Below, piece by piece: positions 19,996 through 29,544 of a DNA stretch of 64,000 bases (position 1 is the stretch's first letter; each line of letters starts with the position of its first letter). The DNA comes from an uncultured Actinomycetota bacterium (GTDB lineage: Bacteria > Actinomycetota > Actinomycetes > JACCUZ01): positions 463,613 through 527,612 of the forward strand of contig CAVRTI010000022.1 of assembly GCA_963723975.1 (NCBI GenBank), read 5' to 3'. The translations under genes were made by a program, and so were the position numbers. The notes under the pieces are model-generated. The model ran no database searches, was not told the origin of the DNA, and worked only from the letters and a program-made list of their open reading frames with translations.

Positions 19996-21858
19996 TCACA
20001 GCAGGTCGACGTCCGCGTGCGTCGCACCGCCGGCCAGCCGGGCGTAGCCAGGCCCGCGGTCGAAGAAGGGCTGCTCCCCCGTACGCCGGTCGCGCAGCCC
20101 GCTGCGCAGCTCCTCGGTGGCCGAGGAGTCGACCGTCGCCAGGGTGCCGTCGTAGGTCAGGACCACGCCGTAGTCGCGGCCCGCTCCCTCGACGCTGACC
20201 TTGCCCCACTCCACGTCACGGACGACCTCGGCAACCTCGCGGTCCAGCGGGTCGCCCCAGCCGCCGCCCCCCGTCGTGCGGATCCTGATGACCTCCCCGG
20301 CGCGCACCGGCTCGGCGTCGGCCAGGGCGTCGACCTCGCGTTCCCCCGGGCCACCCGGGTCGACGGTCACCTGGAACGGCTGGCCGGCCCGGCCGCCCTT
20401 GACCCCCCAGCAGGCCAGGATCGACCGGTCGGCGATCGACATGAAGTGCGCGTCGCTCAGCATCCGGATGTGCTTCTCGTAGCCCAGCCCGCCCCGGTAG
20501 CGACCCGCACCGCCGGAGTCGACTGCCAGCCCGAGCCGCTCGACGAGGAACGGGAAGCGCGACTCGGTGAACTCGGTCGGCAGGTTCCGCGAGTCGGGAA
20601 CGACGTGGATGGTGTCCTCGCCGTCGGCGTAGTAGCGGCCGCCGGAGCCGCCGCCGAGCACCTCGCGCATCAGGTACGGCTCGCCCTCGCGGTCGGTGCC
20701 GTAGACGCCGGTGTAGCGGATGGTCTCCTGGTCGGCCGGCATCCTGCCGTCCACCGCCTTCGCCAGCACCCCGGCCAGGACGCCGAGCAGCCGCAGGATC
20801 ACGAAGGTGCGCGCGTTGGTGGGCGCCGGGAACACCGGGGTCAGCAGCGTGCCCGGCGGCGGGAACCGCATCTCGATCAGCGGCACGATGCCCTCGTTGA
20901 CGTCGAGCTCGGCCATCCGCTCCGGCGTCTCCGCGAGGTTGCGCAGGATCGGCGCCAGCCACTTCTTCAGGAAGTTGCCGTCGGCGTAGTCGCCGCAGTG
21001 GTTGATCGGCCCCTTGGCCTGCGGCGAGGTGCCGGTGAAGTCCAGCACCAGCGGGACCTCGCGGGTCGAGTCCATGGTCAGGGTGATCCGCTGCGCATGC
21101 AGCCGCGGCTCGTCGACGCCGTCGTGCTCCGCGTAGTCCTCCCACACGTAGCTGCCGTCCGGGATCTGCGACAGGATCTCCCGCCGGTAGGTCTCGGTCG
21201 TCTTGTCGATCAGGGCGTCGAAGCACGCCTCGACGGTCTCCCGGCCGTAGCGGGTGAACAGCTCGGACAGCCGCCGGGAGCCCATCAGGCAGGCCGAGCA
21301 CTCGGCGTCGAGGTCGGCGGCCAGCGAGTCGGGCATCCGGGAGTTGCGGGTCATGATCCGCAGCGCGGCAGCGTTGGGCACGCCCTGGTCCCACAGCTTG
21401 ATCGGCGGGACCATCAGGCCCTCCTCGAAGACCGAGGTCGCCTTGGACGGCATCGAGCCGGGCACCGCTCCGCCGATGTCGTCGTGGTGGCCGAACGCCT
21501 GCACGAAGGCCACGACCTCGGAGTCACCGGCGGTGTTCTCGACGAAGACCGGCACGGTGACGCAGAGGTCCGGCAGGTGACCGATGCCGCCCTCGGACAG
21601 GTAGACGTCGTTGTGGAAGAACACGTCGCCGGGGCGCATCGTCTCCAGCGGGAAGTCGCGCGCGACCGGGTGCACCAGCGCGGAGTACGACCGGCCGGTG
21701 AGCTTGCGCAGCTTCCGGTCGTGGATGCCGGCCCGGAAGTCGTGCGCGTCGCGGATCATCGGCGACCGCGCGGTGCGTCCGATCGCCGTCTCGACCTCCT
21801 TCTCGATCGCCGCCAGGGACCCCTGGACGATCTCGAGCACGATCGGGTCGACGGTCAT
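19996..21858 (-). CDS. hyuB: Hydantoinase B/oxoprolinase family protein
   Basis: ATG 21858 (MTVDPIVLEIVQGSL…) lies within ORF 19996..22140. The 620-aa product is intact, and its start overlaps the hyuA stop (ATGA). Confidence 0.9.
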   Translation of the reverse strand: MTVDPIVLEIVQGSLAAIEKEVETAIGRTARSPMIRDAHDFRAGIHDRKLRKLTGRSYSALVHPVARDFPLETMRPGDVFFHNDVYLSEGGIGHLPDLCVTVPVFVENTAGDSEVVAFVQAFGHHDDIGGAVPGSMPSKATSVFEEGLMVPPIKLWDQGVPNAAALRIMTRNSRMPDSLAADLDAECSACLMGSRRLSELFTRYGRETVEACFDALIDKTTETYRREILSQIPDGSYVWEDYAEHDGVDEPRLHAQRITLTMDSTREVPLVLDFTGTSPQAKGPINHCGDYADGNFLKKWLAPILRNLAETPERMAELDVNEGIVPLIEMRFPPPGTLLTPVFPAPTNARTFVILRLLGVLAGVLAKAVDGRMPADQETIRYTGVYGTDREGEPYLMREVLGGGSGGRYYADGEDTIHVVPDSRNLPTEFTESRFPFLVERLGLAVDSGGAGRYRGGLGYEKHIRMLSDAHFMSIADRSILACWGVKGGRAGQPFQVTVDPGGPGEREVDALADAEPVRAGEVIRIRTTGGGGWGDPLDREVAEVVRDVEWGKVSVEGAGRDYGVVLTYDGTLATVDSSATEELRSGLRDRRTGEQPFFDRGPGYARLAGGATHADVDLL

Positions 21859-23943
21859 GACGACTTCCTCACCAGCAGGTTGCCGAACCGGTCGACGGTC
21901 GCCTCGAAGCCGGGGTGCAGAGGCACGGTCGAGCCGAACTCCTCGACGATCGCCGGCCCGGTGACCTCGTCGTCGGGCGCCAGGTCGGCGCGCCAGTAGA
22001 CGGGGGTGTCGACCCAGTCGTCGAAGAACACCGGACGTACGCCGGTGCGCGCACGCTCCGGCCCCCCCTCCTGCGGCGTGAGCTCGCGCAGCCGTGGCCG
22101 CTCGATCGGACCGACGCCGGTGACCCGCAGGTTCACCCACTCGACCGGCTGCCGCGGGTCGTCGCGGAACGCGTAGCCGTAGAGCTGCTCGTGCGCGTCG
22201 TGGAAGGCGTCGGCCACCGCGGCGACGAAGGCGTCGTCGACCTTGCCCTCGGGGGTGGGCACCCGGACCTCGAACGCCTGGCCGGCGTAGCGCAGGTCGG
22301 CCGAACGCAGGTAGCGGTGCGCGGCCCGGGCGAAGCCCTCACGGTCCAGCGCGGCCGCGGCCTGCTCCTGCAGCTCGTCGAGCACCCCGGCCGACCAGGT
22401 CGCGGTCCAGCTCGGAGTGCCGGCTGACCGCCGTCCGGACGTAGTCGTTGCGGACGTCGACGGTGAGCAGGCCGAACGCCGACAGGTTGCCCGGGTCGCG
22501 CGGCACCAGCACGCCGGCCAGCCCGAGCACGTCGGCCAGCCGGCAGAGCAGCAGCGAGCCGGAGCCGCCGAAGGTCGCCAGGGTGAACTCACGCACGTCC
22601 ACGCCGCGCTTGACCGTGACCTCGCGCAGTGCGTTGGCCTGGTTCCAGGCCGAGATCTCCAGGATCCCGGTGGCCGCCCGCTCCACCGTCAGGCCGAGCC
22701 GGTCGGCGAGGGCCTGCAGCCCGGCCCGGGCCGCCTCGACGTCCAACGGGATCTCGCCGCCGAGCAGGTGCGGCGGGATGCGACCCAGCACGACGTGCGC
22801 GTCGGTGACCGTGGGCTCGGTGCCGCCACGGCCGTAGCAGAGCGGGCCGGGGTCGGCACCGGCCGAGCGCGGCCCGACCTTCAGCGCGCCCTCCGGCGAG
22901 GTCCACGCCACCGAGCCGCCGCCGGCGCCCACCGTGACCACGTCGATCATGGGGATCTTGCTGGGGTACTGGCCGACGGTTCCCTCGGTGGTCAGGGTCG
23001 GCTCGCCGTCGAGCACCACCGACACGTCGGTCGAGGTGCCGCCGCCGTCGCAGGTGAGCAGCCGGTCGAATCCCGCCTCCCGGGCGACCAACGCCGCCCC
23101 GAGCGCGCCGGCCGCCGGGCCGGACAGCACCGTGGTGATCGGCTGGTGCACGACCTCCTCGGCCGACAGCACGCCGCCGTTGGACTTCATCACGTAGAAC
23201 GGCACAGGTCTGCTGGATGAACCGGCGACCTCCTTCAGTCTGCCGGTGATGTTCGCGACGTAGGACGCCATCTTCGGCTTCACCGCTGCGTCGACCAGCG
23301 TGGTCACCGCCCGCTCGTACTCGCGGTACTCCCGCAGCACCTCGCTGGAGATCGAGACGACCGCGTCCGGGTGCTCGCGGCGCAGCACCTCGCGCATCGC
23401 CAGCTCGTGAGCCGGGTCGGCGTAGGAGTGCAGGAAGCAGACGCCGATGGTGTCGATGCCGGCGTCCCTGAACCACCGGGCCGCAGCGACCGCCTGGGCT
23501 TCGTCGAACGGCCGGACCTCGGTGCCCTGGAAGTCCAGCCGGCCGCCGACGGTGCGCACCCGGTGCACCGGCACGATCCGCGGCGGCTTCACCCAGAAGT
23601 AGGAGTTGCCGTAGCCGTCGGGCACCGACTGGCGGGCGATCTCGAGCAGGAACTCGTAGCCCTCGGTGGTGATGAACCCGAGGTCGCCGACCTTGCCCTC
23701 GAGGAGCTGGTTGGTGGCGACAGTGGTGCCGTGGCTGACGGCTGCCACGTCGGCGCCGTCGCGCCCCATCAGGTCGAGCACCTTGCGGATCCCGGCCATG
23801 AACCCGTCGGCCGGGTTCGACGGCGTGGAGGGGGTCTTGGTGGTCACCAGCTCGCCGGTCGCCTCGTCCAGCGCGACGACGTCGGTGAACGTGCCACCGG
23901 TGTCGATACCGATCCGGATGCGCGCCGTCATGGCGTCATTCAA
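21855..23943 (-). CDS. hyuA: Hydantoinase A/oxoprolinase family protein; frame change ~22390
   Basis: The N-terminal 520 aa are in ORF 22339..23943 (IGIDTGGTFTD…MKSNGG…CDGGGTSTD). The C-terminus is in ORF 21855..22592 (…LRYAGQAFEV…). They join at …SELDRDLV|GVLDELQE…. Confidence 0.85.
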
Positions 23944-23968
23944 CCGTGCCCGCCCGGCGGGGTCGTCG

Positions 23969-24892
23969 TCAGTCGACCGGCTCGCCGTTCGGGGCCGCGT
24001 GCGGGAACGAGGTGGACGCCGGCCGGACCAGGTCGTCGGCGTACCGGCGTACCAGGTCCAGGTTGCGGTCGGCGAGGTGGTCGAAGACCTGCGGCACGCT
24101 GGAGCCGGGGGTCAGCCCGGACATCGCGGTGGCCGGGTCGAGACGCGCGCTCACCCAGCACTCGTGGCTGCTGGCCCGCGCGACCACCTCCGCGACCGGG
24201 GTGACGACCATCGAGTTGCCGAAGTAGATGACTCCGCCGGGGTCGATGCCGGTGGCGTTGGCCCCCACCAGGTAGACGTGGTTGTCGTAGGCGCGGGCCC
24301 GGTTGGTGAGCTCCCAGATGTCTGCGGAGCGGAGCAGCGCGGAGGGCCGGACGATGACCTCGGCGCCGCGGACCGCGGTGATCCGGGACAGCTCCGGGTA
24401 GTCGCCGTCGAAGCAGATGATCTGCCCGATCCGGCCGAGGTCGGTCTCGACGACGCTGACCTCGTCGCCGGGCGTCACCCAGCCGCCGCTGGAGCGCATC
24501 TCGGTGCAGAACGGGTGCGTCTTGCGGTAGACGCCCGCCACCGAGCCGTCGCGGCCGAGCAGCACCGAGGCGTTGTGCACGACGCCGCGCTCGGCGCCGC
24601 GCTCGTAGGTGCCGACGACCAGGTGCACACCCAGCCGGCGGGCGGTCTCCTGCAGCGGCTCGACCACCGGGCCGGGCACCTCGGACACCAGGTCCCACAG
24701 CTGCTCCGGGCCGGTGCCCGGCGTGAAGCCGGTGGTGACCGACTCGGGCAGGACGACCAGCTCGGCACCGGTCGCCTCGACGGCGCGGGTGACCCAGTCG
24801 GCGGCCTTGGCCAGGTTGCCCTTGATCGACTCGGCGGTGAGCGGGCCCGGCAGCGGCGCGATCTGGACGGCAGCGACGGTGAACGCCTTCAT
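23969..24892 (-). CDS. Carbon-nitrogen hydrolase (nitrilase/amidase superfamily) protein
   Basis: Intact 307-aa ORF with Glu-Lys-Cys triad contexts (VVLPES…, YRKTHPF, IGQIICFDGDYPE). Confidence 0.85.
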   Translation of the reverse strand: MKAFTVAAVQIAPLPGPLTAESIKGNLAKAADWVTRAVEATGAELVVLPESVTTGFTPGTGPEQLWDLVSEVPGPVVEPLQETARRLGVHLVVGTYERGAERGVVHNASVLLGRDGSVAGVYRKTHPFCTEMRSSGGWVTPGDEVSVVETDLGRIGQIICFDGDYPELSRITAVRGAEVIVRPSALLRSADIWELTNRARAYDNHVYLVGANATGIDPGGVIYFGNSMVVTPVAEVVARASSHECWVSARLDPATAMSGLTPGSSVPQVFDHLADRNLDLVRRYADDLVRPASTSFPHAAPNGEPVD

Positions 24893-24930
24893 GAGGACCT
24901 CCTGCCGCCCACGGTAGCGTCGCCGGTGCC

Positions 24931-25940
24931 ATGACTGCCCGAGACCGCGCCCTGGGAGCGCTCTACGGCCTGGCGGTCGGCGACGCGCTCGGGATGCCGA
25001 CCCAGGCCCTGCCCCGGGCCGCCGTGACGCGGCTGTTCGGGACGCTGGACGGCTTCCGGGACGGCCCGGCCGAGAACGAGCTCAGCGCGGGCCTGCCCGC
25101 CGGGCACACCACCGACGACACCGACCAGGCGCTGATCGTCGCGCGCTGCCTGGTCGAGGGAGACGGCCGGGTCGACCCGGACGCGCTCGCCACGCGGTTG
25201 CTGGACTGGCAGCAGCGGATGGAGGCCGCCGGCTCGGCGGACCTGCTGGGGCCCTCCACGCTGCGGGCGCTGCGCCTGGTCGCCGACGGCGCCCCCCGCG
25301 GCAGCACCGGGCGGTGGGGCGACACCAACGGCGCGGCGATGCGGGTGGCGCCGCTGGGCATCGCGATGCCGCCGCAGCCGCTCGCGGCCTTGTGCGCGGC
25401 GGTCGCCGACCTCGACCGCCTGACCCACGACACGACCGTCGCGAACGCCGGCGCCGCCGCGGTGGCCGCGGTGGTCAGTGCCGGGGTCGGCGGGGCCGGC
25501 TGGGCCGAGGCGGCGAGCCTGGGCGTCGAGGCCGCCGCGGAGGGAGCGCAGGCACGGCTCGTACGTCCCCGGAGCGGACGTCGCCCGGCGGATCGCGTGG
25601 GCGGTCGACCTGGTGCGGGACGCCGACGACGACGCCCTGCTCGACCTGGTCGACGGGCTGGTGGGCACCGGCGTCGCCACCCAGGAGGCCGTGCCGGCCG
25701 CGTTCGCCGTCGCGTCCCGGGCGCCGGACGATCCGTGGCGGGCCGCTCTGCTCGCGGCCCGGCTGGGCGGGGACAGCGACACCGTGGCGGCGATGGCCGG
25801 GGCGATGGTCGGCGCCTGCACCGGGCTGGGCGCGCTGCCCGGGGACGCGGTCGAGCAGGTCCGCCGGGTCAACGACCTCCAGCTCGAGCACGTGGTCGAG
25901 GACCTGCTGGCGCTGCGCGAGCACGGCCGGCTCGGCGTGA
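24931..25940 (+). CDS. ADP-ribosylglycohydrolase family protein; frame change ~25548, 3' end uncertain
   Basis: The N-terminus is in ORF 24931.. (GLAVGDALGMP…HTTDDTDQAL…GDTNGAAMRVAPLG). The C-terminus is in ORF 25478.. (…GGDSDTVAAMAGAMVGA…). The junction with the following kinase is blurred by further frame problems. Confidence 0.75.
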
Positions 25941-25945
25941 CGCCG

Positions 25946-26830
25946 GTGACGCCGGCTGCTCGGGCTGGGCAGCATCGTCGTCGACCTGGTGCTGCACGTC
26001 GACCGGCTGCCGGAGCCCGGCGGTGACGTCCTGGCGCAGTCGTCGGCGACCGCGGTCGGCGGCGGGCTGAACGCGCTGGTGGCCGCCGCCGCTGCCGGGC
26101 TGCCGGCCGCGTACGCCGGCGGGCACGGCACCGGGCCGTTCGGCGACCTGGTGCGGGCCGCCCTCGACCGCACACCGGGTGCCGGCCCTGCTGCCGCCGA
26201 CCGCGACCAGGACACCGGCTTCTGCGTGGTGCTGGTCGACGGCACCGGTGAGCGAACCTTCGCGACCACCGTCGGCGCCGAGGGGCGGCTGACCGCCGAG
26301 CCTGCTGGCCGGTGTCCGGCCGGACGCCGGCGACGCGGTCTACGTCTCGGGCTACGACCTGGTCTACCCGCACGGCCCGGCGGTGGCCGGCTGGGTCGCT
26401 GCCCTGCCGGCGGGCACGGGCGTGGTGCTCGACCCCGGACCGCTGGTCGGCGACATCGAGCCGGCTCTGCTCGACGCGGTGCTGGCCCGGGCCACCTGGC
26501 TGAGCCTCAACGACCGGGAGGCCCGGCTGGCCACCGGCGCGGCCGACGCCGGGGCCGCGCGGCAGTGCTGCTGGACCGCGCGCCCGACCTGGCCGGGGTC
26601 GTGGTCCGGCTCGGCGCCCGAGGGCGCGCTGCTCGGCCAGCCGGGGTCCCCGCCGGTGACCGTGCCCGGCGTACCGGTGGACCGGGTCGTCGACACCAAC
26701 GGCGCGGGCGACGTGCACCTGGGGACGTTCGTGGCCGCCCTGGCGGCCGGGCTGGACCCGGTCGCCTCCGTGGCGCGCGGCCAACGCCGCGGCGGCCGGG
26801 CTGGTGTCCCGGCCGCGGGAGCAGCGGTGA
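25946..26830 (+). CDS. PfkB-family carbohydrate/nucleoside kinase; at least 4 frame changes (~26298, ~26565, ~26618, ~26778)
   Basis: Segments are LLGLGSIVVDLVLHVDRLPEPGGDV… (frame of ORF 25989), …VYVSGYDLVYP…WLSLNDREA… (ORF 26383 frame) and …VDTNGAGDVHLGTFVAAL…. TGA at 26828-26830 is reached in a third frame. The start is not resolved. Confidence 0.65.
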
Positions 26831-27574
26831 CCGACCCCCGGCTCGAGCCGGCACCGCTGGTCGCCTCGTTCGCCGGGGCGCTTCAGCCGGTCGTCGACGT
26901 CGTCGGGCTGTACGTCGGCGGGTCGCTCGCGGCGGGCGACTACCGTCCCGGCACCAGCGACCTGGACCTGGCGGCGGTCCTGACCACCGCACCCGGACCG
27001 GATGAGCAGGCAGCCCTGACCCGGCTGCACGAGGCGCTGATCGACGCCGATCCGGCCGCGGTGAAGCTGCACTGCTTCTACCTTGCTCGTGGCGGTCTCG
27101 ACGACGACCCGGCACGCCGCAGCTGAACTGGGCGCACGCCGAGCTCTACCAGCGGCCGTTCACCGTGGTCGCGCGGGCCGAGCTGGTCCGGGGCGGCATC
27201 ACCGTGCTCGGGCCGCCACCGACCACGCTCTTCGCTGCGGTCGACCCGGCGACCCTGGCGGCCGGGGCGCGCAGCGAGCTGACCGGCTTCTGGACCGGCG
27301 CCGTCCGCAAGCCGCACCTGTGGCTGCAGGACCTCTACGTGGACCTGGGACTGCTCACCTGGCCCGCGTCGAGGCCACCGTGACCGAGGACCGGCTGATC
27401 ACCAAGCGGGAGGCGCTGACCCGGCTGGAGCGCTTCGAGGTGCCGTCCTGGCTGATCGAGGAGATCCGCCGGCGCCGGGAGGGCCGTCCGGTTACCCTGA
27501 CCGGGGCCGACCGGGCGCGCCGCGCCGCGATCGCGCGCAGCATCGTCTCTGACGGCATCCGGGCCCTGGGATAG
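26827..27574 (+). CDS. Nucleotidyltransferase-domain protein (aminoglycoside adenylyltransferase/DUF4111-like); frame changes ~27115 and ~27365
   Basis: GTG 26827 overlaps the kinase stop (GTGA). The NTase motif is GLYVGGSLAAGDYRPGTSDLDLAAVL. The middle is in ORF 27165.. and the end in ORF 27083..27574. Confidence 0.65.
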
Positions 27575-27580
27575 GGGACG

Positions 27581-28270
27581 ATGGACCCGGTGACCGTCCG
27601 GACCCCTGCCGCCCCGCACCCGCCGGTGCGCACGTACAAGCGCCGGGCCGGCCGGGTGACCAGCACCCAGCGGGACGCCCTCGACCAGCTCTGGCCCCGG
27701 CTCGGACGCCAGGTCGACGACCTGCCGCTGGACCTGCCCGCGCTGTTCGGCCGGCGGGCGCCGGTGCTGCTCGAGATCGGCTTCGGCATGGGCGAGGCCA
27801 CCGCCGAGCTGGCCGCCGCCGACCCCGGTCGCGACGTCCTGGCCGTCGACATCCACACCCCCGGCCAGGGCAACCTGCTCAAGCTGCTCGTCGCGCGGGG
27901 GCTGACCAACGTCCGGGTCCTGGACGGCGACGCCCGGCAGCTGCTGCGCGAGATGGTCGGTACGGCGACGCTGGCCGGTGTGCGGGTGTTCTTCCCGGAC
28001 CCGTGGCCCAAGCAACGACACCTCAAGCGGCGCCTGGTGGACGACGAGTTCGCCGGCCTGGTCGCCGACCGGCTGGCCGACGGCGGTGTCCTGCACGTGG
28101 CGACCGACATGCCGCACTACGCGCAGCAGACCCGGGACGTGCTCGCCCGGCACCCGCTGCTCGAGCCGGTGCCGCCGCCCTGGCGGCCGAGCACCAAGTT
28201 CGAGCTGCGCGGCCTGGCCGCGGGTCGCCCGGCGCACGACCTGGCCGCCGCCCGGGTGCCCCGATGCTGA
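27581..28270 (+). CDS. trmB: tRNA (guanine-N7)-methyltransferase
   Basis: Intact 229-aa ORF with LLEIGFGMGE (SAM site) and FFPDPWPKQRHLKRRL (TrmB signature). Confidence 0.9.
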   Translation: MDPVTVRTPAAPHPPVRTYKRRAGRVTSTQRDALDQLWPRLGRQVDDLPLDLPALFGRRAPVLLEIGFGMGEATAELAAADPGRDVLAVDIHTPGQGNLLKLLVARGLTNVRVLDGDARQLLREMVGTATLAGVRVFFPDPWPKQRHLKRRLVDDEFAGLVADRLADGGVLHVATDMPHYAQQTRDVLARHPLLEPVPPPWRPSTKFELRGLAAGRPAHDLAAARVPRC

Positions 28271-28885
28271 CCGCCTCGGTGACCTTCGCCCTCGCAGCCG
28301 CCCTGATCGTGCTGCTGCCCGGCCCGGACACGCTGGTCGTGCTGCGCAACCTGGTGCGCGGCGGCCGCCGGCGGGCGGCACTGACCGTGGCCGGCGTGCT
28401 GTGCGGCCTGTCGGTCTGGGTCGTCGCCGCGGCGCTCGGGATGGCCGCGCTGCTGCACGCGAGCGAGGAGGCCTACCTGGCGCTGCGCGTCGTCGGGCGC
28501 CGGGTACCTGCTGTGGCTCGGCGTCCAGACCCTGCGGTCCCGCAGCGTGCCCGACCTCGTCCCGGACGCCGCGGCCGAGCTCCCGGCGGGCGGCCGGGGC
28601 CGCGGCTTCGGTGCCGGGCTGGCCACCGACCTGCTCAACCCGAAGGTCGGGGTGTTCTTCGTGACCTTCCTGCCGGGGTTCGTGCCGGACGGCCAGCCGG
28701 TGGGGGCCGCGTCGCTGGCGTTCGGCGCGATCTTCGTCGTCGAGACCGCGGCCTACTTCGCGCTGCTGCTGTTCCTGGCCGGCCGGATCACCGGCTGGCT
28801 GCGGGACACGACGGTGCGCAGCTGGCTGGATCGCGCCACCGGCACCGTGCTGATCGGCTTCGGCCTGCGGCTGGTGGTCGAGTAG
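28264..28885 (+). CDS. LysE/RhtB-family amino-acid exporter; frame change ~28500
   Basis: ATG 28264 (MLTASVTFALAAALIVLLPGPDT…) lies in the frame of ORF 28003... The C-terminal part is ORF 28547..28885 (…DLLNPKVGVFFVTFLPGF…). Confidence 0.8.
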
Positions 28886-28905
28886 CGAGACCGGGGCGAG
28901 CGAGG

Positions 28906-29544
28906 TCAGCCGCGGCGGCGGGTCACCAGCCCGCCGACCAGGACGCCGGCCAGCGCGACCACCGCGCCGAACACCGCGCCCTTGAGGAACTCCGAGCCCA
29001 CCGCCGCGGCCGGCTGCGGCGGCGCGGTGAAGACGCCGGGTGCGCCCGGCGGCACGGCGACCGGGTGGGCGGTCTCGCCGCGCGGCGCCGGCACCGACGG
29101 CGCCTTGCCGGTCAGCACGTCGTCGACGGCGCGGAAGAACTCCCCCGCCGTCTTCTTCGCGACCCCGCTGAGCACCCGCTGCCCGACCCCGCCGATCATG
29201 CCGCCGACGATCGCGTCGGCGTCGTAGTCGAGGCGCGTCGTGCTGCCGCCGGCGTCCGCGAGGGTGACCCGGACGTCGGCCTGCACCGTGCCCGGTGCGC
29301 CGGCGCCGGACGCCCGCAGGGTGAAGGCTCCGGGCTGCTCCTGGTCGGTGAGGGCGACGTCGCCCTGGTAGGTGCCCTTGATCGACGCGACCCCGGCGAC
29401 CAGCGTCATCCGGTACGCGTCCTTGGACACCTCCTCCAGCTGCTGGCAGCCAGGGATGGTGCGCACCAGCACGGCAGGGTCGTTGAGCGCGGCCCAGACC
29501 CGGTCGCGCGGGGCGTTGAGGGTGGCCGAACCGGCGATCTTCAC
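28906..29544 (-). CDS. CoxG-like SRPBCC subunit with C-terminal membrane anchor
   Basis: GTG 29544 (VKIAGSATLNAPRDRVWAALNDP…) overlaps the stop of the large subunit. The product ends in a hydrophobic helix, …GAVFGAVVALAGVLVGGLVTRRRG. Confidence 0.8.
   Translation of the reverse strand: MKIAGSATLNAPRDRVWAALNDPAVLVRTIPGCQQLEEVSKDAYRMTLVAGVASIKGTYQGDVALTDQEQPGAFTLRASGAGAPGTVQADVRVTLADAGGSTTRLDYDADAIVGGMIGGVGQRVLSGVAKKTAGEFFRAVDDVLTGKAPSVPAPRGETAHPVAVPPGAPGVFTAPPQPAAAVGSEFLKGAVFGAVVALAGVLVGGLVTRRRG

Noticed and set aside
18586-21999. Very long ORFs on the strand opposite to, or out of frame with, strongly homologous genes. Examples are 18586..21999 (+, 1137 aa), 7706..10117 (-), 24889..27072 (-), 29760..32048 (+), 33206..35473 (+), 5957..7636 (-) and 573..1718 (-).
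   Set aside because: Their translations are Arg/Ala/Gly/Pro-rich low-complexity sequence with no recognisable motifs, and they mirror genes with clear homology on the other strand. Stop-codon-poor shadow ORFs of this kind are expected in DNA with this much G+C.
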